DNA of 64,000 nucleotides from a virus. Lineage: Duplodnaviria; Caudoviricetes. Position 1 is the first letter of the stretch. Each line of letters starts with the position of its first letter. Positions 47,038 to 54,609 of this stretch are shown here, piece by piece. The notes beneath the pieces are model-generated. The model made no database searches. It was not told the DNA's origin and worked only from the letters and a program-made list of their open reading frames with translations. Where the stretch lies: IMG/VR virus record IMGVR_UViG_3300020371_000002; one strand, 5' to 3'. The translations under genes were made by a program, and so were the position numbers.

Positions 47038-47504
47038 GTGTAGTAGTTTCCTGCAAGGATTACTCTCCCCTTACATTTATTTTCAGGGACAGCGTGTTTG
47101 TAGTTGGACTTGAAAATGACACACATGCCTGGAACAGGATCAACTCTACGATCTTCAAAGATTAAAGGAGAAGATCCACTGGGGGCACTGACATAATACA
47201 CGAAAGAATGGGTACATGGGGTATGTGTATGGGGATCCGCATAATCACCTTCATTATATACGGCACTCCATAGTTCTGTGCCTGTAGGTTTTATATCAAA
47301 TGATGTATTATCTAGTACCCAATCACTTAATTGTACAAAAATTTTTGGATAAGTGTGAAATCCAGTATGCTTTGAGACAATTAAACTACTCTCTTCTGGC
47401 AAATCATCGTCTAAAAATTCAATAAACTTTAGTATCTTAGGGTTAATGACCTCATACTCAGGATGATGTAATATTTCTAACCGTAAGCGTGTGTCAATCC
47501 CCAT
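47034..47504 (-). CDS. 2OG-Fe(II) oxygenase (TIGR02466-like)
   Basis: Y..GDYADPHTH...SFVYYV.AP.GSSPLIF...HAVP; start uncertain. Confidence 0.8.
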   Translation of the reverse strand: MGIDTRLRLEILHHPEYEVINPKILKFIEFLDDDLPEESSLIVSKHTGFHTYPKIFVQLSDWVLDNTSFDIKPTGTELWSAVYNEGDYADPHTHTPCTHSFVYYVSAPSGSSPLIFEDRRVDPVPGMCVIFKSNYKHAVPENKCKGRVILAGNYYT

Positions 47505-47566
47505 AATACAAAGAGAGAAATGAATCCAAAAATAATAAACGCATACAAATAGGCGGTACTTGGCAT
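47477..47566 (-). CDS. 29-aa membrane peptide (not in track)
   Basis: MPSTAYLYAFIIFGFISLFVLWGLTHAYG. Confidence 0.5.
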   Translation of the reverse strand: MPSTAYLYAFIIFGFISLFVLWGLTHAYG

Positions 47567-47570
47567 TTTG

Positions 47571-47690
47571 TTAGTCTCCTCTACGAATTCCTATCAAAAA
47601 TCCAAGGTATAAACCTGACAACCAAGCAGTAAACAACCATAACAAATAACTCAAGAAATTAGCGAATTCCAGCCATTCCGTTGTCGTCAT
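47571..47690 (-). CDS. 39-aa membrane peptide
   Basis: MTTTEWLEFANFLSYLLWLFTAWLSGLYLGFLIGIRRGD. Confidence 0.55.
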   Translation of the reverse strand: MTTTEWLEFANFLSYLLWLFTAWLSGLYLGFLIGIRRGD

Positions 47691-48003
47691 CGTCTTCATC
47701 CTCGTAAGGTGATGGTTCATCCCAGAGAGATTCTTTTTTCTCTCTGATACGTTGGTGAAGCAACTTGTAAGGATCTTCATCCTCAAGTTCAGGCAGTTCA
47801 GGTTTAGGACCAGTAAAAGTTACTCCAAGAAGAACCCCAGTGCCTTGTACCTCTTCCATTTCAGGATGAGACTTGACCTTGGGGTTCTTTCTGTAACCAT
47901 GCGATTCCGCTACAACAAGCAAACCATGCCCTATCAAAGATAGTGCAATGAGTGCCAATACAATCCATGTAATTAAAAACATGTACTGTGGGATCTCTGT
48001 CAT
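47659..48003 (-). CDS. hypothetical membrane protein
   Basis: TM + HPEMEEV + acidic tail. Confidence 0.65.
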   Translation of the reverse strand: MTEIPQYMFLITWIVLALIALSLIGHGLLVVAESHGYRKNPKVKSHPEMEEVQGTGVLLGVTFTGPKPELPELEDEDPYKLLHQRIREKKESLWDEPSPYEDEDDDDNGMAGIR

Positions 48004-48263
48004 TGAAGAGCTTGAAACAACTGTTCTTTAACTTTTTCCACAACCTCGTGAATGATACTAACATCAATTCCAAGGAAAGGTGGGATCATTCCTATTACTC
48101 TGAAGAAACCTTCAGCGAATAGTGCAAGGAAAATAAGTCCAAGACACATACTGAGAATAGAAGCATTCCTATTATGTTGACGGATAGCTTCATCAATCAT
48201 CTCTTTGCACTGTTTTTCAGTGACATAATGGTCGGGCTTAAGTTCCTCCATTCTATGCGACAT
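48000..48263 (-). CDS. conserved cyanophage membrane protein
   Basis: EMIDEAIRQHNRNAS...GFFRVIGMIPPFLG; late promoter at 48274-48280. Confidence 0.7.
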   Translation of the reverse strand: MSHRMEELKPDHYVTEKQCKEMIDEAIRQHNRNASILSMCLGLIFLALFAEGFFRVIGMIPPFLGIDVSIIHEVVEKVKEQLFQALQ

Positions 48264-48291
48264 ATACCTACGGTATTTAGCGTTATGATAC

Positions 48292-48316
48292 AAAAAAAGG
48301 GTTGCCAAGGCAACCC
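48292..48316 (-). terminator. rho-independent terminator closing the DUF4278 operon
   Basis: GGGTTGCC/GGCAACCC stem + T-run on minus. Confidence 0.8.
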
Positions 48317-48339
48317 AAACTCATCCTTTTTTAAGGATT

Positions 48340-48498
48340 TCAACAAGTTATTTTCCAGTTTTGTATACCAAACGACTTTAAATTAACCCATTTGGCATAA
48401 TGTACACCACGATACGTCAAAAATGCGAACGTTTTATCTGGATCGTGTTTGTCTGGATCAAAGGCTGGAAGATCATAATCAAATCTGATCTTCAGCAT
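48340..48498 (-). CDS. 52-aa DUF4278-like peptide (not in track)
   Basis: MLKIRFDYDLPAFDPDKHDPDKTFAFLTYRGVHYAKWVNL...; LTYRG motif. Confidence 0.65.
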   Translation of the reverse strand: MLKIRFDYDLPAFDPDKHDPDKTFAFLTYRGVHYAKWVNLKSFGIQNWKITC

Positions 48499-48507
48499 CT
48501 TCTCCTC

Positions 48508-48606
48508 CTAACTTAATTTGTGTAAGAGGAGGATCTCACCGTAAAGTAATCCAATGAATGCTGCACAACCAAGGGACGTTAGTCCGACTACTTGTAGTGC
48601 TTCCAT
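48508..48606 (-). CDS. 32-aa membrane peptide (not in track)
   Basis: MEALQVVGLTSLGCAAFIGLLYGEILLLHKLS. Confidence 0.55.
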   Translation of the reverse strand: MEALQVVGLTSLGCAAFIGLLYGEILLLHKLS

Positions 48607-48611
48607 GGCGA

Positions 48612-48779
48612 TCACTTAGTATAGGTGCGACCACGATAGCAGTAGGTCCCGTGAGACTCTTTGCTTTCTACACAACGCTGATCATACTCAACACCACGAT
48701 AGGCAGTGTGAGAAATCTGGGCATCATGCAGAGCAGCCTGCTTCTCGATTTGCTTTTTGATTAGAGTAAGTGTGTTCAT
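48612..48779 (-). CDS. 55-aa DUF4278 family peptide (not in track)
   Basis: MNTLTLIKKQIEKQAALHDAQISHTAYRGVEYD...TYCYRGRTYTK; two YRG motifs; AGGAG RBS. Confidence 0.8.
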   Translation of the reverse strand: MNTLTLIKKQIEKQAALHDAQISHTAYRGVEYDQRCVESKESHGTYCYRGRTYTK

Positions 48780-48809
48780 GATTGACTCCTGAAATACTAG
48801 GGATTTACG

Positions 48810-49000
48810 CCCCGTTCCTTCAGTCGTTTGCGTCCCAGTAGTAATTACATTCGGGTACAGATTCCTTTACGGTCTCTACTAGTTCTACCACAATTTCTTT
48901 AGGTAGTTCTGATCTGTTTGCATTGATTCTGATGATTAATGCATCAGCATCAGCGCACATCATACCAGAGTACAAAAGTAATTCAAACATGGGATGAACG
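48810..49000 (-). ncRNA. glutamine-II (Downstream-peptide) riboswitch-like unit 2, with ORF in the P2 loop
   Basis: 5' CGTTCATCCC (49000-48991) ... 3' GGGACGCAAACGACTGAAGGAACGGGG (48836-48810). Confidence 0.7.
48820..48990 (-). CDS. 56-aa peptide nested in riboswitch unit 2 (not in track)
   Basis: MFELLLYSGMMCADADALIIRINANRSELPKEIVVELVETVKESVPECNYYWDAND. Confidence 0.65.
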   Translation of the reverse strand: MFELLLYSGMMCADADALIIRINANRSELPKEIVVELVETVKESVPECNYYWDAND

Positions 49001-49002
49001 CT

Positions 49003-49236
49003 CCGTTCCGCGACTTACTTGCGTCCTATGTAAATGTCCCCTCGCATTGACCTTCTACTTTTGACTTAAGATATCCTATGAGATTCCACTTAGATCGTTG
49101 ATCTAAGTTGGGATCCATTTGGATCTCTACTCGTCGCTGTAAGAACCTTTCACAACTCATGTGCCACCCATAGGGTGACCCGTCATTATGATGGGCTAAG
49201 GTCATCGCCAGTAAGAAACTTAGCATGGGATGAACG
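49003..49236 (-). ncRNA. glutamine-II riboswitch-like unit 1, with ORF in the P2 loop
   Basis: 5' CGTTCATCCC (49236-49227) ... 3' GGACGCAAGTAAGTCGCGGAACGG (49026-49003). Confidence 0.6.
49026..49226 (-). CDS. 66-aa putatively secreted/membrane peptide nested in riboswitch unit 1
   Basis: signal-like N-terminus; two Cys. Confidence 0.65.
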   Translation of the reverse strand: MLSFLLAMTLAHHNDGSPYGWHMSCERFLQRRVEIQMDPNLDQRSKWNLIGYLKSKVEGQCEGTFT

Positions 49237-49244
49237 ACAGTCCT

Positions 49245-49302
49245 ACTATAGGACTCATGCCTTATTTAGTCAAGTAAATCATTAAATCGTAACATTAGAT
49301 AC
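49245..49302 (-). promoter_or_regulatory. sigma70 promoter TTGACT-17-TATAGT + embedded late promoter + NtcA box
   Basis: -10 at 49250-49245, -35 at 49273-49268, CTAAATA at 49269-49263, GTATCTAATGTTAC at 49302-49289. Confidence 0.7.
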
Positions 49303-49328
49303 CATTTTGGTATCTCAGCGATACCATT

Positions 49329-49742
49329 TTAGGATTTCTTTAACTTTTTATAGACAAAATTATTGCGGGTCAAGATCATTCCTGCCCGCTTCGTCTCGAT
49401 ATAGTTCGAGAAGTTTGATGTATTCTGTTTTTGCCACTCTATAATGCGTGCTTCCTTATAAGGATCATAGAATCCCTGTCGTGTGTACCACGAGCGCCAG
49501 TCCTCATGGGACTTGTCTCTATTGCACTCAGCACACGCACAAATGAGATTTTTTGTCTCATCAGTCCCCCCGTGAAAACGGGGAACAACGTGGTCTAGAG
49601 TAAGATTTTCTCTAGATCCACAATACGCACACTTATAGTTGAATGATTCTTTAATCGAGTCTTTCCATATACGTCTAGCTTCTCCTGGGGAACAAGTATG
49701 AAGATTATAAAGATAATCTTCGGGTGAGCTAAAGACTTCCAT
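49329..49742 (-). CDS. HNH endonuclease
   Basis: CAYCG...TLDHVVPRFHGG...NLICACAECNRDK; late promoter at 49765-49771. Confidence 0.92.
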   Translation of the reverse strand: MEVFSSPEDYLYNLHTCSPGEARRIWKDSIKESFNYKCAYCGSRENLTLDHVVPRFHGGTDETKNLICACAECNRDKSHEDWRSWYTRQGFYDPYKEARIIEWQKQNTSNFSNYIETKRAGMILTRNNFVYKKLKKS

Positions 49743-49767
49743 GCAATACTGCTAGGGTCTTAAGTAT

Positions 49768-50004
49768 TTAGATTATATTGTTCTCTTTGAGGTAGCTAAC
49801 TGTTTCGGTACAACCCCCAATAAGCTCTTCGCCCAACTTGACTTTGGGGAATGTAGAGTCCTTTCCGAACATTTCATAAAAATCTAAAAGAGTATAATCC
49901 GTACCCAATTTGTAAACAATATGTTTCTGTTCTGATAACTCAAGTACCTTTTGTACCTTAGTACAGTAGGGACATCCTTTCTTGCTATAAACGATGAAGG
50001 TCAT
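49768..50004 (-). CDS. nrdC: glutaredoxin
   Basis: CPYC, TFP, IGGC. Confidence 0.92.
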   Translation of the reverse strand: MTFIVYSKKGCPYCTKVQKVLELSEQKHIVYKLGTDYTLLDFYEMFGKDSTFPKVKLGEELIGGCTETVSYLKENNII

Positions 50005-50006
50005 AA

Positions 50007-50240
50007 TTACTGAATGTTAATGGGTTGTAAGTCGGATTCGGATAGAATTTTTTGTTCTGGAAGTTGTAAGTCTGGTTCCAGTTCAACATGCGTCACGTCT
50101 ACCGTTTTTGGTGGATGTGGCAAAAGAATTTTAGCATAGATTGCATCTGGATAGATGCTCAACATACACTCAACATCTTTGAGTGTTCCACAATGTCGTT
50201 TCGTACCATTCGGTAAAGTCAATTCATAATAGTGAGGCAT
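50007..50240 (-). CDS. conserved cyanophage hypothetical protein
   Basis: start reassigned to MPHYYELTLPNG. Confidence 0.6.
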   Translation of the reverse strand: MPHYYELTLPNGTKRHCGTLKDVECMLSIYPDAIYAKILLPHPPKTVDVTHVELEPDLQLPEQKILSESDLQPINIQ

Positions 50241-50271
50241 TTCTGCCTTTATAATTTGATTTGACGTTTCT

Positions 50272-50877
50272 TTACTCAGTGTCATTGGGACTATATCCTG
50301 TGTTAAAACTAACAACCATTCTGTTACCGATCTCAGTATCAGTCTTATGTTCCAACCAACTAGGAAATAAAACTAACAATCCATGTGAAGGCCAAACTGT
50401 GTTGTATCCAAAAGCATTAGGATTCAACTTGTTCTCAGAAGGAGGACGGTACAGTTCATTCATCTTGTATGGCCAAATAGGACTCCTAAAGAGTAACGGA
50501 GCGATCTCACCTTCGACTCTAGGATATAGAGCACCACTGATTGCACTTCCTTCATGACGATGAAGTTCTAAATGTCCCCCAGGCGGAGTCATATTAAACC
50601 AACTCTCAACAATCTCCACATTAAAAATACCTAGACGATCCTGATAGTCTTCAAGACACACTTTGATATGTTGCTTGAGATCTGTTAGATCAGGATGGTC
50701 TAGGAGATTTGCTTGTGGACTAAATGTACTCTCTCCACCCACAACTAAAGGAAAATTATTCCTTTCGGATTGTTCTATTACTTTTAGTAGGGGTTGGAAA
50801 TCATAATAAGATAGATCATATACAGAGACTGGAGTTGGAAACAAATCCAACTCAGCCTTCTTCAATTCTTCAGACAT
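50272..50877 (-). CDS. 2OG-Fe(II) oxygenase (TIGR02466-like)
   Basis: LFPTPV...SWFN...HRH.GS.ISGALY...LFPSWLEH...RMVVSFN. Confidence 0.88.
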   Translation of the reverse strand: MSEELKKAELDLFPTPVSVYDLSYYDFQPLLKVIEQSERNNFPLVVGGESTFSPQANLLDHPDLTDLKQHIKVCLEDYQDRLGIFNVEIVESWFNMTPPGGHLELHRHEGSAISGALYPRVEGEIAPLLFRSPIWPYKMNELYRPPSENKLNPNAFGYNTVWPSHGLLVLFPSWLEHKTDTEIGNRMVVSFNTGYSPNDTE

Positions 50878-51089
50878 TATTTAAAACCTTTTTGTTTCTT
50901 GGGTTTATCTAGTACCTCGATATGAGATAACCAAATACCTTTCTCAAACCATGCTGCTTGAGCTTGCATGTAATCATCCGTTATGAAAGATTCGCCAGAT
51001 TTGGCAACAACTTTATATTCGTGACGATCATAAGGTTCATCAGAAGTCTGAGTGAAATAACGAGGATCACTGGGGGCAATTAGATTCAT
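50877..51089 (-). CDS. conserved cyanophage hypothetical protein
   Basis: DPRYFTQTSDEPYDRH.YKVV...KGF. Confidence 0.7.
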   Translation of the reverse strand: MNLIAPSDPRYFTQTSDEPYDRHEYKVVAKSGESFITDDYMQAQAAWFEKGIWLSHIEVLDKPKKQKGFK

Positions 51090-51409
51090 GATACATGTAG
51101 ATGTCCAATCATTCCAGCACCTTTATGTGGATCACACCAGAAGGTATAGTCGCCTGGTTCTGGAAAAGTGAGGTCGAATGACTCTCCCGAAGCGAAAGCA
51201 AGTCCGTCATGGGAGAGTTCGGGATGATCCTCCACGATTACATTGTGTGGAGGAAGCATTCCATTTACAAAATGCACTGTGTCGCCTGCGTTAATTGTAA
51301 CATCGGAAGGTTCAAAAATCAAATTGCCTTCTGAACCCATAACGATGTCCAATGCATGTACAGGGAGTGCGAAAAAAAGTGTAGCAAGTAGTGCGAAGAA
51401 AAACTTCAT
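51086..51409 (-). CDS. petE: plastocyanin
   Basis: signal peptide; PHNV...CDPHKGAGM Cu ligands. Confidence 0.96.
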   Translation of the reverse strand: MKFFFALLATLFFALPVHALDIVMGSEGNLIFEPSDVTINAGDTVHFVNGMLPPHNVIVEDHPELSHDGLAFASGESFDLTFPEPGDYTFWCDPHKGAGMIGHLHVS

Positions 51410-51443
51410 GTAGTATACGCAACTACCTTTATGTAGGTAGTTA

Positions 51444-51689
51444 TTACTCCTGATGATGTGCTTTTAGGTCAGGATTTGGTGACGATTTTTCTTTGGCCGA
51501 CAGGGTTTTGTTTTGAAGGACAATAAACTTATCCTTCTTAAACGTCCCCGCAGTTTTGACCTCAATATCGTGACCATTCCAACCTAACTCAGAAATCTGG
51601 AGGGCTAGTTGACCTAGCCATCCACCTTCAGATTGAATAGTATTACTACCCAGAACTTTTTCGTCTGGATCAAGTGAACCGTGTTTCAA
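51444..51689 (-). CDS. hypothetical protein
   Basis: ORF track. Confidence 0.6.
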   Translation of the reverse strand: MKHGSLDPDEKVLGSNTIQSEGGWLGQLALQISELGWNGHDIEVKTAGTFKKDKFIVLQNKTLSAKEKSSPNPDLKAHHQE

Positions 51690-52741
51690 AGTGCGTTGCC
51701 TCGTGGTAAAACTTCTTCTGGGAATACGAAGTTCTCATGTGGTTGGTCAGCAGGTGCCATCCAAGCACGAAGACCTTCATTCAGAAGGATATTTTTGGTG
51801 TAGAAGGTCTCAAATTCAGGATCTTCTGATGCTCTCAGTTCCTGGGATACAAAGTCATAAGCCCTAAGGTTGAGAGCAAGACCAATAATACCGATGGAAC
51901 TTGTCCACAGACCCATAACAGGAACAAACAACATAAAGAAATGCAGCCACCTCTTATTGCTAAACGCAATACCAAAGATCTGAGACCAGAAGCGGTTTGC
52001 AGTAACCATTGAATAGGTTTCTTCTTCCTGAGTTGAGTCGAAGGCTTTAAATGTGTTTGCCTGTTCACCGTCTTCATAGAGAGTATTCTCTACTGTAACA
52101 CCGTGGATTGCAGAAAGCAATGCACCACCAAGGATACCTGCAACACCCATCATATGAAATGGATTCAGGGTCCAATTATGAAATCCTTGGAGGAAGAGTA
52201 GGAATCGGAAGATTGCTGATACACCGAAGGATGGAGCAAAGAACCAACTGCTTTGCCCCAAAGGATAGATGAGGAAAACAGAGACGAAGACAGCAATAGG
52301 ACCAGAGAAAGCAATTGCATTATAGGGACGAATACCAACGAGTCTAGAAATTTCAAACTGTCGTAACATAAATCCAATCAGAGCGAAGGCCCCGTGGAGG
52401 GCAGTGAACGCCCAGAGTCCTCCTAACTGAACCCATCGAACGAAGTCTCCTTGCGCCTCAGGACCCCACAGGAGGAGTAGAGAGTGTCCCATGGCGTCTG
52501 CAGGTGTAGAGACTGCAGCAGTAAGGAAATTACAACCTTCGAGATAAGATGAAGCAAGACCATGCGTGTACCAACTAGTTACAAATGTAGTACCAGTCAA
52601 CCACGCACCAATAGCAAGATATGCCGTGGGGAATAGTAAGATTCCTGACCAACCAACAAAAACAAATCGATCTCGTTTAAGCCAGTCGTCAAGAACATCA
52701 AACCAACCGATCCTCGGCTGAACCAGAGTTGATGCGGTCAT
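51686..52741 (-). CDS. psbD: photosystem II D2
   Basis: [17 protein letters not shown]...[10 protein letters not shown]. Confidence 0.99.
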   Translation of the reverse strand: MTASTLVQPRIGWFDVLDDWLKRDRFVFVGWSGILLFPTAYLAIGAWLTGTTFVTSWYTHGLASSYLEGCNFLTAAVSTPADAMGHSLLLLWGPEAQGDFVRWVQLGGLWAFTALHGAFALIGFMLRQFEISRLVGIRPYNAIAFSGPIAVFVSVFLIYPLGQSSWFFAPSFGVSAIFRFLLFLQGFHNWTLNPFHMMGVAGILGGALLSAIHGVTVENTLYEDGEQANTFKAFDSTQEEETYSMVTANRFWSQIFGIAFSNKRWLHFFMLFVPVMGLWTSSIGIIGLALNLRAYDFVSQELRASEDPEFETFYTKNILLNEGLRAWMAPADQPHENFVFPEEVLPRGNAL

Positions 52742-52850
52742 TTTTATTCTTTCCTTTTTTTAAATAAAATAATTGTGGCCAAGTATCTTGAATGATCTCA
52801 GCAAGTTTATATGATGTCTCCGAAGTTATCATAACTTTACATATGAAGAG

Positions 52851-52875
52851 AAAAAGAAAGGGACCCTAAGGTCCC
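52851..52875 (-). terminator. psbA terminator
   Basis: GGGACC/GGTCCC stem + T-rich tail on minus. Confidence 0.7.
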
Positions 52876-52899
52876 ATGTAAAATTATATGTAACTTCTA

Positions 52900-53979
52900 T
52901 CAACCGATAGCAGGTGCGGTGAGTGCCACAGGAGTGGACTCAGCAGCAGCAAGGTCAAGAGGGAAGTTGTGAGCGTTACGCTCGTGCATTACTTCCATAC
53001 CAAGACCAGCACGGTTGAGAACATCAGCCCAAGTAGGGATGATTTTGTTCTGACTATCAACAATAGACTGGTTGAAGTTGAAACCGTTCAAGTTGAACGC
53101 CATCGTAGACACACCCAGTGCGGTGAACCAAATACCAACTACAGGCCATGCAGCAAGGAAGAAGTGCAAGGAACGGGAGTTGTTAAAAGATGCGTACTGG
53201 AAGATCAGGCGACCGAAGTAGCCGTGAGCAGCGACGATGTTATAAGTCTCTTCTTCCTGACCAAACTTGTAACCATAGTTCTGCGACTCAGTTTCGGTAG
53301 TCTCGCGAACCAACGAAGAAGTAACCAGACTTCCATGCATAGCAGAGAAAAGAGATCCACCGAATACCCCAGCAACACCGAGCATGTGGAACGGATGCAT
53401 AAGGATATTGTGTTCTGCTTGGAATACAAGCATGTAGTTAAAAGTACCAGAGATACCAAGAGGCATACCATCGGAGAAAGAACCCTGACCAAAGGGGTAG
53501 ACGAGGAAAACAGCAGTTGCAGCAGCAACGGGTGCGCTATAAGCAACACAGATCCAGGGACGCATACCCAGGCGATAGGAGAGTTCCCACTCACGACCCA
53601 TATAAGCGAAGACGCCAATAAGGAAGTGGAAGACTACGAGTTGGTAAGGACCACCGTTATACAACCACTCATCAAGAGAGGCAGCTTCCCAAATGGGATA
53701 GAAGTGGAGTCCAATTGCGTTTGAAGAAGGGACAACAGCACCAGAGATGATGTTGTTACCGTACATGAGTGAACCAGCGACGGGTTCACGGATACCGTCG
53801 ATATCGACGGGGGGTGCTGCGATGAACGCAACAATGAAACAAATAGTAGCAGCCAGCAGGGTAGGGATCATCAGAGTACCGAACCAACCCACATAGAGGC
53901 GGTTCTCGGTAGAAGTTACCCACTGACAAAACGATTCCCAGTTAGATTGGGACTGGGGGCGTGAAAGTGTTTGAGCCAT
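52900..53979 (-). CDS. psbA: photosystem II D1 (uninterrupted)
   Basis: RLYVGWFG...HNFPLDLA. Confidence 0.99.
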   Translation of the reverse strand: MAQTLSRPQSQSNWESFCQWVTSTENRLYVGWFGTLMIPTLLAATICFIVAFIAAPPVDIDGIREPVAGSLMYGNNIISGAVVPSSNAIGLHFYPIWEAASLDEWLYNGGPYQLVVFHFLIGVFAYMGREWELSYRLGMRPWICVAYSAPVAAATAVFLVYPFGQGSFSDGMPLGISGTFNYMLVFQAEHNILMHPFHMLGVAGVFGGSLFSAMHGSLVTSSLVRETTETESQNYGYKFGQEEETYNIVAAHGYFGRLIFQYASFNNSRSLHFFLAAWPVVGIWFTALGVSTMAFNLNGFNFNQSIVDSQNKIIPTWADVLNRAGLGMEVMHERNAHNFPLDLAAAESTPVALTAPAIG

Positions 53980-53984
53980 TTTAA

Positions 53985-54105
53985 ATAAGAATAAGTAAGA
54001 CCATCAGGGAAATGGTGGAGTTACTATTCCTCTGCGCCCTAGGCAGAGGTATGAGAGACTGTTCTTTAGACACGCTGTTTAGTCTCGGTCAGGCGTGTTT
54101 ACAAC
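53985..54105 (-). ncRNA. PhotoRC-II-like structured psbA leader
   Basis: GACCGAGAC...GTCTC, CCTCTGC/GCAGAGG and ACCAT/ATGGT stems ending CCCTGATGGTCTTACTT, as recalled for cyanophage psbA 5' UTRs. Confidence 0.6.
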
Positions 54106-54141
54106 CAGTTAAAGAACTTTACATTCCGTAACGTGTTGATG

Positions 54142-54175
54142 TATTTATAATACTCTGGTTCGGTTTTCCTGTCAA
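54142..54175 (-). promoter_or_regulatory. overlapping sigma70 (TTGACA-17-TATTAT) and T4 late (TATAAATA) promoters for psbA
   Basis: -35 at 54175-54170, -10 at 54152-54147, late motif at 54149-54142. Confidence 0.75.
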
Positions 54176-54200
54176 TAGGAAAAGATGAGTATTTTTACCG

Positions 54201-54230
54201 AAAAAAAGGACCCGTTGACTAGACGGGCCC
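54201..54230 (-). terminator. rho-independent terminator
   Basis: CCCGT/ACGGG stem + T7 on minus. Confidence 0.65.
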
Positions 54231-54259
54231 TGAAAGCTTATGATCTTTTATGTCATCGG

Positions 54260-54445
54260 TTATCGGTCGTGATGGGAGGATAAAATCGACCTGCAGATGC
54301 GTTTGCATGTGTTGTGTTCTTCGTCACACTCAACTAAGCAGTCAAAATAATCGTTGATCCTATCGGTTTCATCCTGGGCATCTGAAAAAACAGGACTGTG
54401 TAATTTCCACTCTGCTAGTTGGTTATACGAAAGTAAATTGTGCAT
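54260..54445 (-). CDS. small Cys-rich protein conserved in marine cyanobacteria and cyanophages
   Basis: MHNLLSYNQL...NDYFDCLVECD...CKRICR. Confidence 0.75.
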   Translation of the reverse strand: MHNLLSYNQLAEWKLHSPVFSDAQDETDRINDYFDCLVECDEEHNTCKRICRSILSSHHDR

Positions 54446-54609
54446 AATTGATTCTCCACTTACACATTCAGAAGGTATGACAAAGAAGGGGCTTTCATTT
54501 CATAGTCTTCTTCTCAATTCTATCACTACTTATAAGAGAAAGTGTCGATATTACAACAAAAAATGGTATATTTAACAACAATTATTTTTTAGTAACATAA
54601 TCGATTAAG

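Noticed and set aside
49311-49325. Second NtcA site GTATCTCAGCGATAC
   Set aside because: Spacer is 9 nt rather than 8
49329-49742. HNH as a mobile homing endonuclease or intron
   Set aside because: No flanking intron structure or DNA-binding module; own late promoter; treated as an ordinary gene
52820-52842. HLR1 upstream of psbD
   Set aside because: Half-sites are 11 nt apart and one is poor; no convincing promoter
52969-53724. 251-aa + strand ORF, and a possible intron in psbA
   Set aside because: Typical antisense frame of psbA; D1 is continuous, so there is no intron or homing endonuclease insertion
54260-54445. Second CP12
   Set aside because: Cys spacing and C-terminus lack the CP12 C..NP...EC..YD signature
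54446-54475. Yfr1 target site in the leader of the Cys-rich gene (GUGUAAGUGGAG)
   Set aside because: Only partial complementarity; could be an ordinary RBS
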